From: Magnetococcales bacterium
GTDB lineage: Bacteria > Pseudomonadota > Magnetococcia > Magnetococcales > JADFXB01
Assembly: GCA_015233935.1 (NCBI GenBank)
Contig: JADFXB010000005.1
Coordinates: 4,070-68,069 of the forward strand
DNA length: 64,000 nucleotides
Direction of reading: 5' to 3'
Shown: positions 55,309 through 63,977 of the stretch, one piece after another
How the letters are laid out: every line of letters begins with the position of its first letter
Position numbering within the stretch: the first letter of the stretch is position 1
The notes under the pieces: model-generated
The model's input: only the letters and a program-made list of their open reading frames with translations
Databases searched by the model: none
Told to the model about the DNA's origin: nothing
Program-made: the position numbers and the translations under genes

Positions 55309-56049
55309 ATGAAAGGTGGCTTCAACATATTGATCGTGGAAGACGATCCCGTTACACAATCCAGCCTGAAATCGTGCTTTGAAAAAGACGGTTTCCGGGT
55401 GAAAACCGCCTCCGATGGCGTCGAAATGCGCAATGTCCTGAAAAAAGGTGCCTTCGACGTGGTTATCATGGATGTGGGACTGCCAGGTGAAGATGGCTTC
55501 TCCCTCACCCAACAATTACGGGTCCTCTCCCGTATCGGCATCATCATCCTAAGCGGTATGTCGGAAAATTCCGACCGGGTGGTCGGCCTGGAACTGGGTG
55601 CCGATGACTACATCGTCAAACCCTACAACGAACGGGAACTTCTCCTGCGGGTACGCAACCTGCTGGCCCGGCTCAACATGACCAGCCGTGATAAATCCGA
55701 AGAAATGCGCTTCGGCCCCTGGGTCCTCCATCCAGAAAACAAACGGGCCGTACACGATAAAGGCCATCAGGTGGAACTCACCCACGGCGAAACCAACTTG
55801 CTCCACGCCCTGGCCCGCCGCCCCGGTCGTGTCCTGAGTCGCCAACAATTGCTGGATGCCATCAGCGGTCGCGATTGGCAGCCCAGCGACCGCACCGTGG
55901 ATGTTCTGGTCCGCCGCCTGCGTGGCAAACTGGAAGAAGATTCCAGCAAACCCCGCCTCCTGTTGACTGTCCATGGCGTCGGCTACCAGCTCTCCCTGCG
56001 GGGCGGGCGTCCTGGCGATTGGCTGCCCGACCTGCGCAATAATTATTGA
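55309..56049 (+). CDS. OmpR/PhoB-family response regulator (TorR/ArcA-like)
   Basis: REC (ILIVEDDPV...VVIMDVGLPGEDG...IILSG) plus a winged-helix domain (VELTHGETNLLHALARRPGRVLSRQQLLD...DRTVDVLVRRLRGKLE). AGGAG lies upstream of ATG 55309. Confidence 0.92.
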   Translation: MKGGFNILIVEDDPVTQSSLKSCFEKDGFRVKTASDGVEMRNVLKKGAFDVVIMDVGLPGEDGFSLTQQLRVLSRIGIIILSGMSENSDRVVGLELGADDYIVKPYNERELLLRVRNLLARLNMTSRDKSEEMRFGPWVLHPENKRAVHDKGHQVELTHGETNLLHALARRPGRVLSRQQLLDAISGRDWQPSDRTVDVLVRRLRGKLEEDSSKPRLLLTVHGVGYQLSLRGGRPGDWLPDLRNNY

Positions 56050-58580
56050 TCTTCTACCACCCGTACCAATTGGTCCACTGCCCGCCCTACCTCTTCCACC
56101 AGAAGAGGTAGGCGGGCGAACCATTGGTCGTCGGTTAATTCGGGTAACTCAGTTTCCAGCCTCCTGGCCAAATAGGCCACCCGATCCAACCCCAAATTTC
56201 CTGTCACTCCCGCCAAACGATGGGCCGCAGCGATCGCTTCCTGCCGGTCACCCTCATGAGCCGCTTTCTGTAAACGACTCACCAACTCCTCGCCATTGTT
56301 TACCATCATTCTGGCCACATGCATCAACTTTTCCTGCCCCATGGAATGACGCAAACGACCCACCACCGCGCCATTGACCACCGGCAACTCGTTGCTGCCA
56401 TCGGTCTTCCCCTGGGAGGGGGCCGGAGCAAGAATATCCCGTGCCACCAACACCTGGGCCATCACCTGGGTCAATCGTTCCATCTCAACCGGCTTGGCCA
56501 CAATGCCATCCATCCCCACCTGAATGCACTGACGCAAGGTCACTTCCGAAAGATCCGCCGTCAAGGCCACCACAGGCAAAGAGGCCATTTCAGGTGTTAA
56601 ACCATGGCGAATCTGCCAGGTCGCTTGCAGTCCATTCATTTCAGGCATCACCACATCCATCAACGCCAGATCATAACTTCCCGCCGCCAAGGCCTCCAGT
56701 GCCTCCCGTCCATTGCCAGCGATGGATACCTGATGGCCTTCCTTCTCCAACATTTCAGAAAGCATGTCCTGCAATACCGGATCATCCTCCACCAACAATA
56801 AATGAAGTTCCGGTATCCTGTTGGGTGGGTTCAATACCTGATGGCCATGGGCAAAACCCACTGGTTGCAAAGGAAACAATAAGGAAATGCCCCCGTCTCC
56901 CTCATCCAGGTGCATCTTACCAGCCAGAGCTTCCATGGCACCCTGTAAATTGGCCAGCTGCCAATCCGGGAAAGAGCTGCCACCCATCGGTGTCTCTCGC
57001 CAACGAAAGTGTAACGATAGCCAAATCTGTTGCTCCTCCATGGAAATCAACCTGCCCTGAACCAACAACTCCCCATCGGTTTGTTGATTCACAAGCGTGG
57101 CCAAACCTTGCCTGAAGGCACTGCGTAACAAGGTTGCTTGTCCCTCATACCAGCCATACCAGGCAATCTCTAACCGATACTCCTTGGTAACATAACTTTC
57201 AATTGGCGACTCTGTAGGTTCATCCAATATTTGTCGTACCAACATGGCTGGTTGCAAGATAGACAGGAATGGAGTTTCGCCTTCCGAGGTATGATAGACC
57301 GCTTCCAGCATTTCTTGAGCCGTCTGCTCCAATTGACGACTCGTCGAGGTAACCTGGGACAAAAATGGTTGACCTCCTCTTTCCATCAACAGGCCAGCAG
57401 ATAAAGAAAAACGACCTTGCAACAGGGTAATTTGACTCCTGATCTTATGACTTACCAGAGCAGCTATCTCCTGATATCGTTCAATCTCCCCATGCAATTG
57501 ATCCTTTCCACGCTCGGCTAACGTATGCTGGACCATCACCGGGGTGATATCTACCCAACACCCTGCCAATAACGGGTCGCCCGCATCATCTTCTCCTAAT
57601 GCCTGCACATAATCCATCACCCACCGCTCCCTGCCCTGGGCAGTGGTTAAACGATAGGTCAAGGTGGCGGGTTGCCGACTGCTGATCACCAACGCCAAAC
57701 CCTCCTTTACCTTGTCCACATCCCTGGTATCAATCATCTGTTGAAAGGACAAAGCGTGGGGACCTAAGAATCGCTCCTCCGAATAGCCGGTGAATTCCTG
57801 CCATTTTCCTACCAAGGCATCCATCTGCACCCCTTCGGGTCCATAATGTCCCCGATAGGTCACTACCCAAGAAAATTCCCATACATCCAATAGGGAGCGA
57901 CTCTCTTTTCTCTCCTTCTTGATCTTGGCCCATGCATACACCAGCAAGATCAATATGAATCCCGCAAAGATCAACGTGGCCCCGATACCATAGTGAATCT
58001 GCTCATACCACTCCTTCTTCCGATCCCGCCACTCCAAAATTTTCCCCTTGCTGCTGGCTTCGTATCGACGATGGAGTTGATGTAATACCGTAACAATTTG
58101 GTTTATAACAATCTTTGCTTGTTGATATTCCTCTTCCTCCAGCGGACCCTGCGAAGCAAACAAAGCAATCAGTTCATCCAGTAATGGAACAATAAGCTGC
58201 TGCTCCTGAGAGTCCAGCATCATGGCTTGTCGCCGGGTCTCTCCCACCCATATTCCACACTGCTGCTTGGATTGGCGTCGCTCATAGCGTTCCTGCATGG
58301 AATGGCTGATGCGACTCATGGCCTCCTCAAGATTGAGCCATAAATTGTCGTTGGAGGTGGTAAATGTTTGAATGTTTTTGTCAATACGCTGATAATATTT
58401 AATATGGCTGTAACCAACCAAAAAAGATAGTAAAATAATGACAATAATTAATAATAGAAGCCATAGAAAGGGATCAAAGAATAATTTAGAAGCTAGTTTG
58501 TTCCTTGAGTCTTTTATTTGAGAAATATCCAGCTTGTCACCGTGATGATTCCCAACCATCCGTTTCCCGCCTTTCCTCAA
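56043..58580 (-). CDS. Hybrid sensor protein: 2 TM, PAS, DHp-like H-box, degenerate catalytic domain, REC, Hpt
   Basis: The H-box-like segment is ALVSHKIRSQITLL. I can find no N, G1 or G2 ATP-binding boxes. REC (LLLVEDDPV...LALMDVVMPEMNG...ALTAD) and Hpt (AAHRLAGVTGNLG) are present. The start is TTG 58580 or ATG 58559. The 3' end overlaps the regulator gene by 7 nt (convergent). Confidence 0.85.
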   Translation of the reverse strand: MRKGGKRMVGNHHGDKLDISQIKDSRNKLASKLFFDPFLWLLLLIIVIILLSFLVGYSHIKYYQRIDKNIQTFTTSNDNLWLNLEEAMSRISHSMQERYERRQSKQQCGIWVGETRRQAMMLDSQEQQLIVPLLDELIALFASQGPLEEEEYQQAKIVINQIVTVLHQLHRRYEASSKGKILEWRDRKKEWYEQIHYGIGATLIFAGFILILLVYAWAKIKKERKESRSLLDVWEFSWVVTYRGHYGPEGVQMDALVGKWQEFTGYSEERFLGPHALSFQQMIDTRDVDKVKEGLALVISSRQPATLTYRLTTAQGRERWVMDYVQALGEDDAGDPLLAGCWVDITPVMVQHTLAERGKDQLHGEIERYQEIAALVSHKIRSQITLLQGRFSLSAGLLMERGGQPFLSQVTSTSRQLEQTAQEMLEAVYHTSEGETPFLSILQPAMLVRQILDEPTESPIESYVTKEYRLEIAWYGWYEGQATLLRSAFRQGLATLVNQQTDGELLVQGRLISMEEQQIWLSLHFRWRETPMGGSSFPDWQLANLQGAMEALAGKMHLDEGDGGISLLFPLQPVGFAHGHQVLNPPNRIPELHLLLVEDDPVLQDMLSEMLEKEGHQVSIAGNGREALEALAAGSYDLALMDVVMPEMNGLQATWQIRHGLTPEMASLPVVALTADLSEVTLRQCIQVGMDGIVAKPVEMERLTQVMAQVLVARDILAPAPSQGKTDGSNELPVVNGAVVGRLRHSMGQEKLMHVARMMVNNGEELVSRLQKAAHEGDRQEAIAAAHRLAGVTGNLGLDRVAYLARRLETELPELTDDQWFARLPLLVEEVGRAVDQLVRVVEDQ

Positions 58581-58703
58581 GTGAATTGATGGTTTGCATA
58601 CACAAATTTCATTAACCCATTAACTCGTTTCAGTGGACTATTTTTCCATTGCAATGATTGGAAAAATGCCACAGACTAGACTCAGTATAAGGATCCTGCA
58701 CTC

Positions 58704-58731
58704 CAGGGTGTTTCGGTACTCAGGGTGTTTC
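58704..58731 (+). repeat. Direct repeat CAGGGTGTTTC x2 in a divergent promoter region
   Basis: Copies at 58704-58714 and 58721-58731, with a 17-nt period. Confidence 0.85.
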
Positions 58732-58875
58732 AGAATTTTGCCCACGAATCCATCGGATAAATCATGGAATACGCTCGTCACTGGCCAACTGTCCATCCCT
58801 ATTCTCAATATGCCCATTTGGTTTCCTGGAACAGGCTGACAGTAATCTCAGCTTATCTATTTTGGAGCCTGCATC

Positions 58876-60090
58876 ATGGATAATGTCTTTGTCGGCAGAC
58901 AACCCATATATGACAGCCGTATGCAAGTCTTCGCCTACGAAATTCTCTACCGCAGTGGAGCAACCGGCGGAGCTAATTTTGTGGACGGTAACTTGGCCAC
59001 CAGCCAGGTGCTCATCAATACCTTCCTGGAAATCGGCCTGGAACGCCTAACCGATAACCATCCCGCTTTTTTCAATCTTACCCGCGAATTTCTGTTAAAC
59101 AAAGAGCTGTCACTTCCCAAAGAACTGGTTTTTCTGGAGGTGCTGGAAAATATCGATGTAGACCAGGAATTGGTGGATGCGGTGCGCGCCCTGTCCAAAA
59201 TGGGCTATCGCATCGCCCTGGATGACTTCGCCTTTGAAGACCGCTGGCTTCCCCTCCTGGAAATCGCCGATGTGATCAAAGTGGAAGTCCCTGCCATGAA
59301 ACCCGAAGACATTCGGGAAAAAATTCGCAAGCTGCGCCCCTACAAAGCCAAACTTCTGGCCGAAAAAGTGGAAACCCACGAAGAGTACGACCAGTTGAAG
59401 AAAATGGGCTTCCACTACTTCCAAGGCTACTTTTTCTGCAAACCCCGTATCATTGAAGCCAAGCGGGTTTCCACCAGCCAGTTGGCCGTCCTCTCTTTAT
59501 TGGCACAATTGCAAAAACCCGATGTCAATGTCAATGAATTGGAAAAAATCATCTCTTCCGATCCAACATTGAGTTTTAAACTGTTAAAATATCTAAACTC
59601 TCCCCACCTGGCTTTGCGTAATCGTATTCAGTCCATCCGCCAGGCCATCACCTATCTGGGCATTCGCCCATTGCGGAGTTGGGTCTCCTTGTTGGCCATG
59701 ACCGGTGTTAAAGACAAGCCCAGTGAACTCTCCCGCACCGCCATGCAACGGGCACGCAAATGTGAGCAGGTTTGTAAAATTTACTTGAGCAATCCAGAAA
59801 GCGACTCCTATTTCATGGCCGGTCTGCTGTCGGTGCTGGATGCCCTCATGGATATGCCCATGGAGGAAATCCTCAAACAAATGCCCCTGTCGGAAGAGGT
59901 GCAGGCAGGACTGCTCAACCGGCAAGGCAAAGTGGGACAAGTCCTGGATGCGGTGATCCAGGCAGAAATGGGCAATCCCACCCTGGCAGAATCCCTGCCG
60001 CGTCCCAAAGATGTCCCTTCCGCCACCAGCCTGTTCCTGGAAGCCATGTTCTGGGCCGATGAGCAAATGAAGGCCATTGGCGTTAGTTAA
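58876..60090 (+). CDS. EAL-like + HDOD two-domain protein
   Basis: The N-terminus FVGRQPIYDSRMQVFAYEILYRSG is an EAL start reading EIL. It is followed by EVLE, LDDFAFED, LAEKVET and FQGYFFCKP. HDOD follows (DVNVNELEKIISSDPTLSFKLLKYLNSP). Confidence 0.85.
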   Translation: MDNVFVGRQPIYDSRMQVFAYEILYRSGATGGANFVDGNLATSQVLINTFLEIGLERLTDNHPAFFNLTREFLLNKELSLPKELVFLEVLENIDVDQELVDAVRALSKMGYRIALDDFAFEDRWLPLLEIADVIKVEVPAMKPEDIREKIRKLRPYKAKLLAEKVETHEEYDQLKKMGFHYFQGYFFCKPRIIEAKRVSTSQLAVLSLLAQLQKPDVNVNELEKIISSDPTLSFKLLKYLNSPHLALRNRIQSIRQAITYLGIRPLRSWVSLLAMTGVKDKPSELSRTAMQRARKCEQVCKIYLSNPESDSYFMAGLLSVLDALMDMPMEEILKQMPLSEEVQAGLLNRQGKVGQVLDAVIQAEMGNPTLAESLPRPKDVPSATSLFLEAMFWADEQMKAIGVS

Positions 60091-60110
60091 TTCCCTTCGC
60101 GAGGGTTGGC

Positions 60111-60770
60111 ATGACACACGAAATTCCACCAGATCAGCCCCCGCCACGGACCCAGGAGAATAGCCAGTCTATCGCCGTTACCTTGCAAGAGATGTCCAAC
60201 CAGCAGGTGGAAGCACCCTTGCCGCAATGGCTGTCCACCTTTTTAGATAAAATGACCGGAACCACCACAGCCCCCCCGCTTGCCACCCTCAAAGAGATGG
60301 CCTGGTCCTGGCTGGGTTCCTTTCTTGGCATCTCCCTGGTGGCTATCCTCCACCAATTCTGGCTTTCCCCCCAGGATCTTTCCCTGCTCATCGGATCTTT
60401 TGGAGCGTCCGCCGTCTTGATTTACAGTGCCATCACCAGCCCCCTGGCCCAACCCCGCAATCTGGTGGGTGGTCACCTGGTTTCCGGTCTGGTGGGCGTG
60501 GCCGTTTTTCAAATGTTTGGCTCCACCCTGTGGCTGGCCGCCGCCCTGGCCGTCTCTTTGGCCATCGTCGCCATGATGGCCACCCGTACCCTCCATCCCC
60601 CTGGTGGGGCCACCGCCCTTATCGCCGTCATCGGATCGCCCGAACTGCACAATCTGGGCTACCTCTACGCCCTGCTACCTGCAACTCTGGGAGCCATCCT
60701 CATGTTGCTGGTCGCCTTGATCATCAACAATATTCCCCTTAACCGCAGATACCCCCTTTATTGGTGGTAG
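60111..60770 (+). CDS. HPP-family membrane protein
   Basis: TLHPPGGATALIAV signature; 4 TM segments. Confidence 0.85.
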   Translation: MTHEIPPDQPPPRTQENSQSIAVTLQEMSNQQVEAPLPQWLSTFLDKMTGTTTAPPLATLKEMAWSWLGSFLGISLVAILHQFWLSPQDLSLLIGSFGASAVLIYSAITSPLAQPRNLVGGHLVSGLVGVAVFQMFGSTLWLAAALAVSLAIVAMMATRTLHPPGGATALIAVIGSPELHNLGYLYALLPATLGAILMLLVALIINNIPLNRRYPLYWW

Positions 60771-60772
60771 CC

Positions 60773-60973
60773 ATGGCACAGGATAGGCCCAATTGCCTGC
60801 AATGCCAGCACTTTTTTGTCACCTGGGATGCCAGCTTTCCCCGTGGTTGTCGTGCCTATGGCTTTCGCTGTAAAACCATCCCTGCCCTGGAAGTCTTCCA
60901 AGCCTCCGGACGGGAATGTATGATGTTTGCTTCCAAGTCTTCCCCAAACAGCGAAAAAAAAAGACCTGGTTGA
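60773..60973 (+). CDS. Small Cys-rich protein of unknown function, coupled to the HPP gene
   Basis: The ATG lies 2 nt after the HPP stop. The sequence is MAQDRPNCLQCQHFFVTWDASFPRGCRAYGFRCKTIPALEVFQASGRECMMF, with 5 Cys including a CxxC. Confidence 0.6.
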   Translation: MAQDRPNCLQCQHFFVTWDASFPRGCRAYGFRCKTIPALEVFQASGRECMMFASKSSPNSEKKRPG

Positions 60974-60985
60974 TCCAGGTCTTTT
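60959..60985. terminator. Bidirectional rho-independent terminator
   Basis: AAAAGACCTGG (60959-60969), loop TTGAT, CCAGGTCTTTT (60975-60985). The stem includes the TGA of the small gene. Confidence 0.75.
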
Positions 60986-61088
60986 CAAGGTCAAGATGGC
61001 GCGGATATTCCTTACAGAGTACCCACCTGCCCACTTTGCGCAGGCAGGGACAGATACTCCGATCTGGGGCTGTTCCAAATCATCTCAA

Positions 61089-61508
61089 TCAGGCAACCAC
61101 ATCCACCGACATATGTTGGTTCCCACCCTGCTCGGTAGCGGAACTCGACGGGTTGTCCCCCAACATAGCCGCACTGGTAGCAGCCGAAAGGAAAAATTGG
61201 GTCACGGCCTGCTGAGTCTTGTTGACCCGCTCCGTGTTTTCCTTCACCTGCAACTGGAAGCGGCTGGGCGGTGGCGGGATAATAGCCTTATCCTTATCGT
61301 CCTGGCCTTTTTCTTCTTCTTCCTTCTTCTTGGTGTTGGCCTCAGCCTCTTTGGTGTTGCCGGCATTTTTCGCCTGCTCCACGTTCCTCACGGCCAACTG
61401 TTCGGCATTGTTGGTACGGATGTCCTCCGGAACACGCGCCTGTACAGCTTGCTGCTGAAGAAAATTTTGCGTGCCCAAGTTACTGGTATTTTGTAAATAG
61501 TTGATCAT
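61089..61508 (-). CDS. Hypothetical low-complexity protein (Gln/Asn-rich N-terminus, Lys/Glu-rich centre)
   Basis: GGAGG lies 8 nt upstream of ATG 61508, giving MINYLQNTSNLGTQNFLQQQAVQ...KKKEEEEKGQDDKDK.... The family is not recognised. Confidence 0.55.
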   Translation of the reverse strand: MINYLQNTSNLGTQNFLQQQAVQARVPEDIRTNNAEQLAVRNVEQAKNAGNTKEAEANTKKKEEEEKGQDDKDKAIIPPPPSRFQLQVKENTERVNKTQQAVTQFFLSAATSAAMLGDNPSSSATEQGGNQHMSVDVVA

Positions 61509-61715
61509 TGTCGTAGCCTCCACGTTCGACTCTTCCGCTTGTCTCACTTATCGGAAGAGCATGAGGTGGGCTTAAGCCTTTTTTTCAGGTCGGACCATTT
61601 TTTTTGAGCCTCCCACCATCACCCCAAAAAATACTAGGATTGGCTTAAAAAAAGACTATACTTAGCGTGCTTCCATAAACCCAATACACTTATCCACAAG
61701 GACGCCCTGATTCCC

Positions 61716-62117
61716 ATGAGCCGAGTACCGACCCCAGATCCCCCCCACAATGAAAAAAGACGCTTCACTCGCCACAGCTATGAAAGAAAACTCTACCTGG
61801 AATTTCCCGGTCACGATCCCATGCCAGGCGAAACCAGGGATGTGAGCCTGGCGGGTGTCTTTCTCCGTACCTTTGAACCACCAGCAGAGATTACCACCGG
61901 GCAGGAGGGCTATCTGTGTTTGGAAACCCGCCACAATTCCTTCCGGCTTCCCTGTCGGGTGGTCTACGTCAACATGGAAGGTTTGGCTCTCAACCTGCTG
62001 GGCCAGGAGGCTGCCTTTGGCCTTGCCCTTACCATGGATGCCTTTGAACAAATCAATCTGCCAGACAAACCCGTATCACCGCGTCTACCCAAAAAACTGT
62101 TCCCTGCCAAAAAATAA
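61716..62117 (+). CDS. PilZ-domain c-di-GMP receptor
   Basis: RRFTR (RxxxR) followed by DVSLAG (D/NxSxxG) at canonical spacing. Confidence 0.8.
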   Translation: MSRVPTPDPPHNEKRRFTRHSYERKLYLEFPGHDPMPGETRDVSLAGVFLRTFEPPAEITTGQEGYLCLETRHNSFRLPCRVVYVNMEGLALNLLGQEAAFGLALTMDAFEQINLPDKPVSPRLPKKLFPAKK

Positions 62118-62135
62118 GGATTACCCCCTAAAAAA

Positions 62136-63977
62136 TTAATGGGGGGTAAGGGTGGGGTGTCCCTTGGCCAAAGATTCTGCCGCACTCAATTTGAAAAAGG
62201 TCATGGGGCCTACCGCACCATCCATTTGCAACATATTGGCCCCCTGAAACCTTTTCAGCCGATTGGTCAAGGTGGCATCAAACTCTTCCGAATTTTCCCC
62301 CTTTTCTTCCCTGATGCCCAAGGCCAGATTAACCCGCTCTCGCACCCAGGCCACCTCCTTGCGCTTGACGCCCTCTTTAAGCAAAGGAGCTGCCGGAAAA
62401 GGATGGTGCCACAACAAGGTAATGGTGCCAAACCACCATTTTTCCAACTCGGTGAGAGGTAGAGTAACCTCATTACCACTCACCACAACCACTACCCGAT
62501 CCTGATACAAACGGGTGATCAAGACGTATAATTTATCATGGTTGGGTGTGGCCAGGGTCAAAACCGCTGGTCGGTCATAATGGCGCAAGGTGTTCCAGTT
62601 GCCGGTCAAATTCAGACAATTCAACCCCGCCTTTTCTGCCCGTTGACAGAAAGGTTCATCCCGACTTCCAACCGCTGGCTTGCCCCAGCGTGCCAACAGC
62701 TTGGTGAAAACAGTGTCTACCTGAAAAGCAGAGGGATGCTCCCGTACCAGGGAGGCCAAAGTAATCGTCTCCGGTTCTGGCTCTTGTTTGACCGCCGCAA
62801 CCGGGGCCTCCTGCACGACGGGAGGGGGTGATGGCGGTGGTGCCATAGGTGCAGGCTCGGGAGGCGGTGGTGCCACAGGTGCAGGCTCGGGAGGCGGTGG
62901 TGGTGTGGGAAGCGGTGCGGGTTCCGGTGGCGGCGGTGATGGTGGCGGCAGTGGTGATGGTCCCGGCTGCTTCTCCACCACGGGTTGGGCAACAGTTTCC
63001 ACAGGTGGTGCGGGCACAGCTTCTGCCACGGGGGCAACCGCAACGGTCACCGGTGCAGGTGGCCTCACCTGCATGTACAACACACCGGCCAATACAAAGA
63101 CAGCCAACGCCAAGGCGGCTACCCCAATGGGCAACCAATGAATCTTTCTCTCCTCTGGAATCATCTCCGGGCTTTCCAATACTTCTGCCGCCGCCTCACG
63201 GATGATTTCAAGAGTAACCATGCCACTGCCCAACCCGTAGGCCCCCAACAAGGCACGATCACACACCTTATTGATCAAACGGGGAATACCCTGGGTCAGG
63301 CTGTAAATTTCTTTCAAGGCTTCCGGGGTAAACAAAGGACGAATACACCCGGCCACTTTTAAACGATGGGCTACATACTCCCCCAGCTCTTGACGTGACA
63401 AGGGAGTGATGTGATAACGAGCAGTGATGCGTTGGGAGAGTTGCCGCAAATCCTCCCGCGCCAATAATTTTTTCAGCTCCGGCTGGCCGATGAGAAAAAT
63501 TTGCAACAGCTTGACCGTGGTGGTCTCCAGGTTGGTCAACAGACGAATCTGCTCCAACACCTCCGGCATCAGGCTTTGTGCCTCATCGATGATGACAATG
63601 GTCTGGCGACCATCTTCATGGGCCTTGAGAAGATGGTTGTTGAGGGCATCCACCAATACTTTCATACTGGAGGTCCCAGTCGGATAGGAGATGGCCAGTT
63701 CATCACAAATGGTGGCCACCAGCTCTACGGCGGTCAGACGGGGGTTGAGGATCAAAGCCAGATCCACCTGCTCCGGCAGCTGATCCAACAAGGTACGACA
63801 TAGGGTGGTCTTGCCGGTTCCCACTTCGCCCGTTAATAAAACAAAGCCCGATCTGTTGCTCACGCTATAGATCAAATGAGCAAGGGCTTCCTTGTGCCGC
63901 TGACTGAAATAAAGAAAGCGGGGATCGGGGGTGATGGAAAAGGGCAGTTCCTGAAGATTGAAATAGTCCAGATACAT
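62136..63977 (-). CDS. ExeA/GspA-like AAA ATPase with Pro-rich linker and C-terminal peptidoglycan-binding domain
   Basis: YLDYFNLQELPFSITPDPRFLYFSQRHKEAL...LLTGEVGTGKTTLCR, a TM helix, then a PPxPEPAP-rich spacer. The C-terminus is LKRFQGANMLQMDGAVGPMT (PG_binding_1-like). The start is ATG 63977. Confidence 0.88.
   Translation of the reverse strand: MYLDYFNLQELPFSITPDPRFLYFSQRHKEALAHLIYSVSNRSGFVLLTGEVGTGKTTLCRTLLDQLPEQVDLALILNPRLTAVELVATICDELAISYPTGTSSMKVLVDALNNHLLKAHEDGRQTIVIIDEAQSLMPEVLEQIRLLTNLETTTVKLLQIFLIGQPELKKLLAREDLRQLSQRITARYHITPLSRQELGEYVAHRLKVAGCIRPLFTPEALKEIYSLTQGIPRLINKVCDRALLGAYGLGSGMVTLEIIREAAAEVLESPEMIPEERKIHWLPIGVAALALAVFVLAGVLYMQVRPPAPVTVAVAPVAEAVPAPPVETVAQPVVEKQPGPSPLPPPSPPPPEPAPLPTPPPPPEPAPVAPPPPEPAPMAPPPSPPPVVQEAPVAAVKQEPEPETITLASLVREHPSAFQVDTVFTKLLARWGKPAVGSRDEPFCQRAEKAGLNCLNLTGNWNTLRHYDRPAVLTLATPNHDKLYVLITRLYQDRVVVVVSGNEVTLPLTELEKWWFGTITLLWHHPFPAAPLLKEGVKRKEVAWVRERVNLALGIREEKGENSEEFDATLTNRLKRFQGANMLQMDGAVGPMTFFKLSAAESLAKGHPTLTPH
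62834..62905. repeat. 30-bp in-frame tandem repeat (about 2.4 copies) encoding the Pro-rich linker of the ExeA-like protein
   Basis: GGCGGTGGTGCCATAGGTGCAGGCTCGGGA (62834-62863) repeats at 62864-62893 with 1 substitution. A partial third copy follows. Confidence 0.9.

Noticed and set aside
55032-55547. 171-aa minus-strand ORF in the AT-rich region
   Set aside because: Half of it is antisense to the well-supported OmpR-family regulator. The rest is the AT-rich intergenic DNA, where long ORFs are not expected to be meaningful. It has no RBS.
60927-61496. 189-aa plus-strand ORF opposite the 61089-61508 gene
   Set aside because: It would run straight through the bidirectional terminator at 60959-60985 and has no RBS. 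The minus-strand ORF has GGAGG 8 nt upstream of its ATG. Neither has a recognisable family, so this choice is only moderately confident.
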